A stretch of DNA of 64,000 nt from the human T2T-CHM13v2.0 reference genome, Homo sapiens. A model generated the notes under the pieces. The model saw only the letters and a list, made by a program, of their open reading frames with translations. It was not told where the DNA came from and did not search any database. The stretch's first letter is position 1. Each line of letters starts with the position of its first letter. This document shows, in pieces, positions 52,346 to 64,000 of the stretch. The stretch lies in NCBI RefSeq assembly GCF_009914755.1, contig NC_060926.1. One strand, written 5' to 3'. The position numbers were made by a program, and so were the translations under genes.

Positions 52346-52636
52346 TTTTTTTTTTTTCCAGATGGGGTCTCACTCTGTCGCCCAGGCTGGAGTGGAATGG
52401 CGTGATCTTGGCTCACTGCAGTCTTAACCTCCCAGGGTGCAGGTGATCCTCTCATCTCAGCCTCCTTCCTGAGTAGCTGGGACTACAGGCGCGCACCACC
52501 ACACCCAGCTAATTTTTTGTAGAGATGGGGTTTTGCCATGTTGCCCAGGCTGGTCTCCAACTCTTGGAATCAAGCAATACGCCTGCTTCAGACTCCCCAA
52601 ATGCTAGAATTACAGGTGTAAGCCACTGCACCTGAC
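52346..52636 (-). mobile_element. AluJ-like element
   Basis: Reverse Alu dimer. Confidence 0.88.
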
Positions 52637-54131
52637 TGTCAGATATATTCTTTTTCTAATGGTATTAGGTATCTTCATTTGGCTGAAATTATTTAAATCC
52701 TTTGGAGGATCTATTACATAGCTGCCATTGTTTTGGCTTGCCCAGTATTCGTTTTCTGTCCCTCTAACGACCTGACACTTTTTCTGTGGGAAAAGGAACA
52801 GCTGATTCCCGTGCCCGTGATGGTGATACCTGCCCTGGCGCCTGTGCCAGAATTACATTCCAGGTGTTGCTGTTGCCTCCTGCGTGTGGAGTACCCTCCG
52901 AACCTAGTTTCCTAGCCCTCCTAGAGATAACTAAAGTTAATCATTTTTCTTTTTTAAGCTACCTTTAGTGGGTCCAATGTTTGCCACTCAGAACACAGTG
53001 TGATGCACTACCCTCAAGGAACTTACAAACTCAGTAGAAAGGAAGATTGGATAAGTCCAAAAATAATATTAAGTGCTTTATTGGCACTTCACATGCTTAG
53101 GACTGTGTCCACACAGCACAAAATGAAGCGGCAGGCTGGCAAGCATCCAGTTGCTTTAACAAATTTGGCAATGCATTGAAAACATAGGGCTACAATGTCG
53201 ATCATAAGATTTCTGGAGAAGGGAACTCCACAACTTCCACTGGTAATTGGCTGCTAGCTGCTTCACAGACTCTGGCAATGGAGAAGTGAAGTCATTCTTT
53301 TCCCCCTCCATCTCTTTTGGTTCCTAAGAACTTTCCTTCTCAGCTCAAAGTGGGAATTTTGGACTGAGTGATGACAAAGATCCCAATACTAATTGCTTCT
53401 GGCTTAGTTTCATGGTTGGATTAATTTTAATTCCTTCTGTTTCCAAACCCTTCTGTGCTCCACACTGCACTTTGCATACATCTTTATTATAGAACAATTG
53501 CTGTTTATTGCAATTACCTGTATCCATGTCTGTCTCCTCCAGGGCAGGAGATATAACATATTCATCTTTCTAGCTCTAGCTTCTCTACCATATTCACTTT
53601 TGCTGTGTTGGGTATTATACTCATTTTGCATATTGTAATTACTGAAGAGATTTTTAAAAAAGACTTGTCTGTTTGCCCACTTTGGTCCTGCTAGAAGGTA
53701 CTCCATCCCATGCTTGGGTTACAGTGATGAAGCAAGAAAGTCTGTCTCTGTCTCTTCTTTTTCTGAGACTCTTCCGGCCACTAACAGCCTCTCTGTACAG
53801 GCCTACCAATACTGTCCAGTCAGTAGTAGATTAAGGCAGCTCTAGGTTCTAATTAGCAGTGTTCTATCTTAACCTAGCTGCTTTTAAAACTGTATACAAA
53901 GTTTAGTGTACTCTTCTGCATGTATGTTACATTTTACAATCAAAAGAAGTGAAATAATGTACATTTAAAAATATGTCATCTCCTAAATGAGAAAAATGAG
54001 GCACAGAGATGTGGCCTGATGGCTGAATGTACAGCCAGGATTGAAGCTACAGTCATCAGAACTTTTGTGTTCCTAATAGCTCTCTGGGTTTCTTGAAGCC
54101 AGGAGGAGGGGAGAACATCAGGTTACAATTA

Positions 54132-54446
<315 letters not shown>

Positions 54447-54684
54447 TTACTCTGTTGAGGTCTGAGTGATAAAATGTCACCTGACACCAAAAGCACTGCA
54501 GTTTATGTCCCCACAGTAGAAAGAAGGGAAGGGCTGCCTGGTGATGGAGGGACAGACTGCCAGTGGGGCCCTTTCCCACTCACCCACACTCTACCAGTCA
54601 TTTCACCATTTTTTGGTTTTGTTTTAGTAAAGACTCTGGTTAAAGTATACATACTCCTCAAAAGGGGTTATATATTAACCTACT

Positions 54685-55185
54685 ATATTAGTTTTCCATT
54701 TCCATGTACAAATTATCTCCAAACTTAGTGGCTTAAACCAACAGGAAGCATTTGTTAAACCTCACAGGTTCTGTGGGTCAAGAATTCTGGAGTGGCTTCA
54801 CTGGGTGATTCTGGCTTAGGATCTTTCAGAAGGTTACAGCCAAATGTCAGCTGGGCTGCAATTTGACTGGGCCTAAAGGATTCACTTCCAACGTGGTTCG
54901 CTTATGGCTGGCAGGTCAGTTCTCTCCATTTGAGTCTCTCTGTGGGGCTGCTTGAGTATCCTTGCAACATGGCTACTGGCTTCCTTCAAAACAAGCAATC
55001 TAAAAACCCAAGGTAAATGTTGCAATGCCTTTATGACCTAGCCTCTGAACTTGTATGCTATCACTTTGGAATGTTCTAGCAGTCACACAGGTCAGCTCTG
55101 ATTTAGTGTGGAAGCGTCTGGACAAGGACCTGAAGATCTAGGATTGAGGATCACTAGGGGCCATCTGGGAGGCTGGCGACCACAC
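54685..55185. mobile_element. MLT1-family (ERVL-MaLR) solo LTR
   Basis: ccaaacttagtggcttaaaccaaca...ctcacaggttctgtgggtcaagaattc...ggggccatctgggaggctggcgaccaca. Confidence 0.75.
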
Positions 55186-55653
55186 CCACCTTTAGCTCCA
55201 ATTTTAATTTCAAGTTAGCTCAGAAACAGGAGAAACATGGGGGTGGACTGAGGTATGGAGGGAGACTTTAAAGTGGCCCCATTGGGAGTGATAGACCCAA
55301 AAGCAAGCTTTATCAGCCTTTCCTTGCCCTAAAGGCAGCTTGAATCAGGAAGAAACAGCCTTTGAAGGAAGTTACAGACCTCAGAACACACCCTTGCCTA
55401 AAAAGTATAGATAATATGATTCTTCCTTTAAGGAAATTGGGTACAGCTGTGAAACTCTTGACAAATTTCATGATAATCACTGTTATCTGACTGGGCAGCA
55501 GTTTTAGTGGCTGCTGCCTCTACCAAGTTGCAGTGTACAATAGCAATGTGGTCTCCTCGTGACTTACTGTCTCTGTCTTCAGAATGTATTGAACAATATT
55601 AATTCATTGGTGGTTGTTTTGAAAAACAGGTTTGTCATTACAAATATGATATA

Positions 55654-55972
55654 GGTTGGGTGTGATGGCTCATGCCTATTATGTAATTCCAGCACTCTGG
55701 GAGGCTGATGCAGGAGGATGGCTTCAGCCCAGGAGTTCAAAACCAGCCTGGTCAACAAAGTGAGACCCTGTCTCTACAAAATATTAGAAAATTAGCCAGG
55801 TGTGGTGGTGTGTGCCTGTAATCCCTACTCAGGAGGCAGTGGCAGGAGGATCCCTTGAGCCCAGGAGGCTGAGGCTGCAGTGCACTGTGATTGCCTCACA
55901 GCACTCCAGTATGGGCAATAGAGGGAGACCGTGTCTAAATAAAGAAAGAAAGAAAAGAAAATAGAATAAAAA
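55654..55972 (+). mobile_element. AluJ-like element
   Basis: Diverged dimer with GAAA-type tail. Confidence 0.88.
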
Positions 55973-57262
55973 CAAATATACAGTATACTTATTTCCATGT
56001 TCTATTTTGCTTTAAAATGTTTATTAGTATGTTTAAAAGCTGGTGTAAGATCCTCATAGATGCATTAATCAACACGTTCACTTGCTCATTTTTCTTTTAA
56101 TTTTAGTTTTCAAAAATACCCAAAGGCTACATCCATTACAAGGTAATGGACTGCAAAATCTTATTTAATTGCAGTGAACATATTCACTGAAATTACAGAA
56201 AAGGAAAAATATGTAATTCAGTACTTCTATCAATTTAAAAGAATCAAAATAACCTCTGGTAATGAGCAAGAGAGTGATTCTCCATGCTCTCCCTCTCCAT
56301 CTCTTCCTTCCTTCTCTCCTCACTGTAGCTTTGTGGATTTTAAGAAAGCAGGAGACCCTGGGCCAGAGCATCTTTTGTACTCAGAAGGCCCTGGAGACCT
56401 GTGGTTGAAAACTCCTGGGAGATGGATGTATCTAACACTCTCCTAGCTTGATTTTGATACAGGGCTTTAGAGTGACTCACCAATAGCAATTTCTAGAGCC
56501 TTCTGCAAACTGAGAATGCTTAGCCGCTTAATTGTGCCAGGGGATCCTTGGGCCATGAGCAGTTGCACTGTCTATGAGTTATTCTGTTGTGTTCTCTATT
56601 CATTTCTAAGGTGGCGTGAACCTTTTTTGAGGTGACTAACTATGGCCTTACTCAAACCAATGGTCTTATTTATGATTCGTGAATTGTCTTATTTTAATAA
56701 AATATTTTCCCAGGAATTTACAAGTAATAATTAAAAATAGATAAATCATACAAATTCAGGAATACTTTGTACACTCCAAATTTTCTAGCAGATCCTGATA
56801 TCATTACAGATACAACTATATTTAATTCAATCTAAGAGGGTTACTTCAAACTGAATTTTCCTGCTGTCTACTTCTGGTTCCTCAGGGATCCTATAAAAAA
56901 TCCAAGGAAATTCCTTGCTGATTGCAGAGATATTAGACTGCAACATATGGTCCACACATGTCATTAGTATTCCTCTAAAGAAAAATGCAAAGGATTATAT
57001 TTAGAATACCGGGTATGTGTTCAGTGGTTTGAGGTGACCCAGGAGATTATTATATTCTTCTTGTGGAATTTTCTGTAGTTAAAAGATGAATCCAGAATTC
57101 TGACTGTCTGGTTTGGACACGAGTCTATCTGTAAGTTTTTGCAGGTGGGAGGCCTGCCAAATTTTCATTATTGGGTGGTGTCTTAAAATCTATTCATCCT
57201 CCTCTTAAGGAGAAGATTTTTCAAGTTTCAGAGTTTCTCAGATATATTTTAGAGGAGTCTTT

Positions 57263-57692
57263 AAAATATTTTATTTATGTTTTATTTTTTAGAGACAAGG
57301 TCTTGCTCTGTTACCCAGGTTGGAGTGCAGTGGTGTGTTCATAGCTCACTGAAGTCTCAAACTCCTGAGCTCATGTGATCCTACCACCTCAGCCTCCTGA
57401 GTGCCTGGGACCACAGGTTTGCACCACCATGCATGGCTAATTTTTTTTTTTTTTTTTTCGGAGACGGAATCTTGCTCTGTCACCCAGGATGGAGTGCAGT
57501 GGTGCAGTCTCGGTTCACTGCAACGTTTGCTTCCCGGGCTTAAGCAATTCTCTTGCCTCAGCCTCCTGAATTAATAGAGATGAGGTCTCACTATGTTGCC
57601 TAGACTGGTCTTGAACTCCTTGGCTCAAGCAATCCTCCTGCCTGGGCCTCCCAAAATGCTGGGATTACTGATGTGAGCTACTGTGCCTGGCC
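57263..57692 (-). mobile_element. AluJ containing a nested Alu right-arm fragment (about 57441-57570)
   Basis: Outer TSD tagaggagtcttt at 57250-57262 and 57693-57705. Confidence 0.85.
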
Positions 57693-57830
57693 TAGAGGAG
57701 TCTTTCGACACAGGTACCTTCTAAAGTAAAAAATTAATTATTTATGAATTATATGTCATTGGCCCCCAAATAAAATGAGTTGAGCTTATAATAGTATTGC
57801 TAGTTTTGCATCTACCTTAAATAATTCTAA

Positions 57831-58160
<330 letters not shown>

Positions 58161-58207
58161 ACCGCAATTATATTTGACCATATATGATGGTAGAACTACA
58201 GAATGGG

Positions 58208-58912
58208 TATCTTAGTCCATTCCAGCTGCTAGACCAAAAGTGCCATAAACTGGGTGGCTTATAAACGACAGAAACTTAATGCTCACAGTCCTGAAGCCTG
58301 GGAAGTTCAAGATCAAGGAACTGGCAGACTGGTGACTGGTAAGAGTCCTCTTCCTCATAGGTGATGCCTTCCTTCCAGCTATGTCGTCACATGGTGGAAG
58401 TGGCAAAGAAGTTTCTCAGACCTCTTTTAAAAGGGATTAATCCCGGCCGGGCGCGGTGGCTCACGCCTGTAATCCCAGCACTTTGGGAGGCCGAGGCGGG
58501 CGGATCACGAGGTCAGGAGATCGAGACCATCCTGGGTAACACGGTGAAACCCCGTCTCTACTAAAAATACAAAAAATTAGCCGGGCGAGGTGGCGGGCGC
58601 CTGTAGTCCCAGCTACTCCGGAGGCTGAGGCAGGAGAATGGCGTGAACTCCAGGGGGCGGAGCCTGCAGTGAGCCGAGATTGCGCCACTGCACTCCAGCC
58701 TGGACGACAGCGAGACTCCGTCTCAAAAAAAAAAAAAAATAAAATAAAATAAAATAAAATAAAAGGGATTAATCCCATTCACATGGGCCTTGCCCTCACG
58801 GTTTAATCGCCTCCCAGTGGCCCTACCTTTTAATACTTTTACATTGGAGATCAGGTTTCAACATAGGAATTTGGTGGCGGGGAGGACAGGGGCACAGACA
58901 TTGAGACCATAG
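58208..58912. mobile_element. MaLR (MLT1/MST-type) solo LTR interrupted by an AluY
   Basis: tcttagtccatt...aactgggtggcttataaac...gctcacagtcctgaagcctgggaagttcaagatcaagg; resumes after the Alu through ggtttcaacataggaatttgg...accatagca. Confidence 0.8.
58445..58760 (+). mobile_element. Young AluY (AluYe-like)
   Basis: CpG-rich; 16-bp TSD aaaagggattaatccc at 58429-58444 and 58761-58776. Confidence 0.92.
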
Positions 58913-59314
58913 CAATGGGATATGATTTCTGATGAAATTCTGACACTAGCTCAATCCTGGGAGGCCATGGCTGATAAGCCAGGATCACTTGCTACTTTGG
59001 TCCAAGGCCTTGGCTAATGAGGTCTTCTCAGAAACTCCACTGTATCTTCCCCATTTTCTAGTAAAAATGCCCTGTTCTGCAATATAAACTTGTTTTGCAT
59101 GTATCCAACTTAAACCACTAAAGTCCTGAATAATGTAAAGCCTTCCAACAGGCTATATTTGGCCTTTTCACCTGAATATCCTACTCTCAACTCAAAATCA
59201 GCATCTCCTGCCCATTTCACCCCTCCAATAAACTTGGTGCCCTTCCCAAAATTGCCCGACTGCTGTCACTTGAGTGACAACTATTTCTCCTCACTTCTAG
59301 TCACTCAGGTGTGA

Positions 59315-59720
<406 letters not shown>

Positions 59721-60002
59721 TCCATTTTCCTCTTCTTTAACATCACATGTGAAGTTTTAATTATAGCTATTTTCCACAACTTCATGTCCTCATCCAATTC
59801 AGCCTCAATCCCACTGCCAGTGATTCATCATAAGCCATCTTCTTCTCTCAATTTTGCTACTGTCCTGGACTCTAGGCATACTATAGCAAGCTTAATTTAT
59901 TTTATTTCACTCTCAAGGGCCCCTTCTTGTAAGAATCTTCTCAATCTGTCTAGCCAGATTTCTCACTACTGCCAAAATAAATCTTTTACTTCAAAGTGAA
60001 GT

Positions 60003-60617
<615 letters not shown>

Positions 60618-60769
60618 TGATTCTGATTTTTTTAAGGATTTTTTTTTCCTTTTGAAATATTCTTTTCCCAACCTTCCAAGTCCACAAATTGAGACCTCTG
60701 ACTATCCTTTCTTACAGTAGTTTCTTCTTTCCATGCACTTCAAGTCAACAAAACAGATCAGAACCATAA

Positions 60770-61430
60770 AAATGTCTTCACATCCTTTGATCTAGTAATT
60801 TCAGTTCTGGAACTGTATCCTAAGAAATTAACAATTGACAAGTTAAAAAAAGCTCCTGTGCACAAAGTTTCTCCTCCCATCCAATATTATTGATGATAGT
60901 GTTGAAGAATTGGAAACAAATTACATATCCAATAATGGAAAGAGATAATTATCATACATCACTCTATGAAAATTTTGAATGCACTAAATGAATATGATAA
61001 AGACTATGTGATTCTATAAATTAAAAAAAGTAAGTTAACTCAAAAGTAGAAACAAGGTAATACTGTATTTGTATAGATACTTTAAGTAATGGAAATCTTA
61101 AACAAGCTTGATTATTCTGCTTTTAAAATTGTGAATAAAGATAATTTAACAGTAAATGTATTTCTGTCAAAAGAAAAACACATCCATAACTAGTTTTTTA
61201 AATAAATAAACTCAAAATTTGTTTAAAATATTTAAGATCTCTTATGTGCCTATAACATTCTAGTTACTTTATATGTCACTTAATCCTTACAGTCTACCTG
61301 GTGAGGCAGGGATTATTAGTTACATTGCATTAATGAAAAAAACAAAAAACAAACAAACAACAACAGCAAAGAAGTTAAATAATTTTCCCAGGATCACATA
61401 ACTAGGAAATGATAGGTTCAAAATGTTCAG
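60770..61430. mobile_element. Old L1M fragment followed by a MIR
   Basis: cctttgatctagtaatttcagttctggaactgtatcctaagaaa (L1M); aagttaaataattttcccaggatcacataactagga (MIR). Confidence 0.6.
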
Positions 61431-64000
61431 CTGATTCTGCTGCCTGACAATCTAATATGAAACGAATTTAAACACATCTTCATTCCTAGTGAAATGTCCA
61501 TTGTTGATAACTTAATTATTAAGTAGGGTGACTATTATAAACCCCAAAAAGTAGAGGACAAGAGAAGGAGATAGAGAAAGAGTTTTAGAATTATTGACAT
61601 GGACTTCTTTCTAAGATTAGTCAGAAACACTTGGTGAACAGGGTGCCTTCTGGGAGCTCTGGTTCACCATTTTAGCTTAAAGTTTATGATTCAGAGGTGA
61701 TAATGGTAAAACTGTTCAAACCTTTGAGTGATTTGGTTAAGATATAACCTATCAACAAATTCAGACAGAAGATTAGATGCTACCATCTTACTGTAGACGA
61801 GCAGTTCAGCTTGGTACTTCATGACACTTTGGTCTCAAGTAATCTTTCAGCTCCAAAGGTAATTGCTTGTCCAGCTTGGGGGTATTTCTGGAATGGAATA
61901 GCTATGTTTTATGTATGGATCATAAGAATCTATGGGATTTTGGTAATCTTTGGCTGCAAATAACAGTTTGATCTGCAAAATAATCTTATTAATAAGCTAA
62001 TTTTACTGAATTGATAGCACTGCTAACCACTTGGAAAAGAGTATTTTAGAGATCCATGCATTTTCCTCTGGGATTTAAAAATACAGATTCCTGATTGAAA
62101 AGAACAGGTGAAATATTGTTGAGGTTCTTCCATGCAATCCAAGTTGTGAGAGATGGCCTAGACACCATGGATAAAGTACTAGTGAGAATCTGGATCTCAC
62201 AGTAATTCAGTTATTAGGTCAACCTTTCTTTATCCAAACTGTACTGTATTTTTCAGAGCTTACTGACAAATAAGTCATTAATCAAGGAGATAATGTTGTG
62301 CATGCCTAAGAGACCCAAAATTTATTTCACATTGCTGTGGGCAGAAAAAAGTTTGGTGGTCAATTTTGTTACTCACCAAACACCAGCAGATAATCCTCAG
62401 AACAATCCCTGAGGGTAGAGTGAATTGGGGATATAGTTCTTAGAGAGCCCTTTGTTGCTAGAGTGACCAAGATGGCCAAGGAAGGAGTGGGTATCTGTTG
62501 TGTGAGAGGAGGGTTGAGTTAAGAAGGTGGCACTGAAGCTCATGTACAGCCAACTCTTACCAAGGTAAAGGGAAATGGAGCTGCCTCTCTCCCTTCCCCT
62601 GCACACAATGCAGGCTTCCTGTTGCATTGTTTTGACTTCTTTTTGCTTTCAAGTCTCCCTACTGGGTGGGGAGGTAATAGAGAAATCTTAACTTTCCCAG
62701 AGATGATCCTAGATGTTGTTGCACACTTTGGAGAGGCAATGCACTAGTTAAAATGGGTGGTTTTGTGAAAACCTTTCCTTGGCACAAAGTGAGAAGTCCA
62801 AGGTTTGGGAGTGCCTCGTGTCCACCAGCACATCTTAGCACTGTTACTAACACCTTGTTAAATAATTCAGTTGTGAGGTATTTGGTAATGTGGCATTAAA
62901 ATCCCAGACAATTTTTAAAAAATGAACAACTATTTAAAAATTATATATGAACTACTGTTTTTCAAAATGAATTTCTTCCTAATGGTATCACCATCTATAT
63001 CTTCCGAAGTTTTTGAATTTATGTTTCATTACAGTTGGACAATCTATAAGTCCTGTTCAAGACAACCTATATTTTAGAGAGACTTATTAATATCACCATT
63101 TTATATATTCCTTTATTTTAAATTAGACACTTCTTTATTTTAATTTACAGTTCTTAATGTGAGCCGCTTCAGGGGGACAGGAAATTATAAAATTAGTAAA
63201 GGTGTGTGAAATGTCTAAGAGCGTTCACCTACTCTCCTATCTGAAAACCTTAACTCCGTGGTAGAGAGGAGAGGATTGAGTCTCTTTCTTTGTTTCTTCT
63301 TAAAAATCCTTTTAAGCCTACCTACACTCTCTTTTTCTATGAAAATTTAAAAACAGATATGGATTCTAAACATATTTTGAGAATTCTACTCATTTGGATC
63401 ATTTTCAAGCTAGATAAATACTGATTCAACTTGGGTGTTTTCTTAGCTTATGTTTGCTAAAAAATAATGCAATATTTTACTTTTGCTATATATCACATGA
63501 GCAATGTATAGGTTATAGGCCTAAGTATGCTGTTTAGGGACTTTATTATGAAGAAATTTTGGTTTGTCCTGTCATATGGGTTGTAACATTGAATGCTGTT
63601 ATTTTTAATAAAAGGATGACTTTTGTCTATCATTTTATTTCCTCTTCACTAGGATATAAGTAGAGTCAGATGACTTTCTTAAGACTGTGAAGAAAAAAGA
63701 AATATTATTCCATCAGTGACCTTTGGCAAGCAACTGATCTCTTGAACTATTCTTGTCTCTGGAGTGTTTGACCAAGAATTCTTGTGGTCAAGCCATCGAC
63801 AATCCAAATGTCAAACAACAGTGTGGCCATTTTTCATCTCAAAATAAGTGTTTCTCCAATAAGATGATCAATTAGTCTTATTCACATTGCAACACACCTC
63901 TCTGTGTATTTTATGTCATACAAAGATCTCTATAGTCCTATTAGCTTCTTATTAAAAAAACCTCTTCATTTAGATTTCAGGCTATTAGAACACATAATCA

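Overview
Human-type (primate Alu-containing) genomic DNA from the 3'/anterior end of the HOXD cluster. All genes are on the + strand: the MIR10B hairpin (445-554), HOXD4 (2 coding exons, 255 aa), HOXD3 (2 coding exons, 432 aa, plus upstream non-coding exons) and HOXD1 (2 coding exons, 328 aa). The antisense lncRNA HAGLR/HOXD-AS1 and a CpG-island unit matching HAGLROS lie between HOXD3 and HOXD1. An Alu/L2/MIR/LTR-rich flank follows and contains an ORF-intact RPLP1 processed pseudogene. Splice phases and protein lengths were checked by hand. Gene names and lncRNA identities come from recognition of the locus, not from a database search. This is a well-studied locus and I cannot demonstrate a new biological system in it. 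The best leads are smaller features: a 47-bp minisatellite apparently born by template switching inside a nested Alu, a 17-codon uORF ending 5 nt before the HOXD4 ATG, a perfect 5' splice site next to a Hox/Pbx+Meis module in the HOXD3 3'UTR, tail-to-tail HOXD3/HAGLR poly(A) sites, a compact CRE/E-box/TATA candidate HOXD3 promoter, and a possible regulatory relic of the lost HOXD2. Repeat boundaries and subfamilies are approximate, by eye. Nearly all other ORF-track entries are GC-rich or Alu-derived noise.
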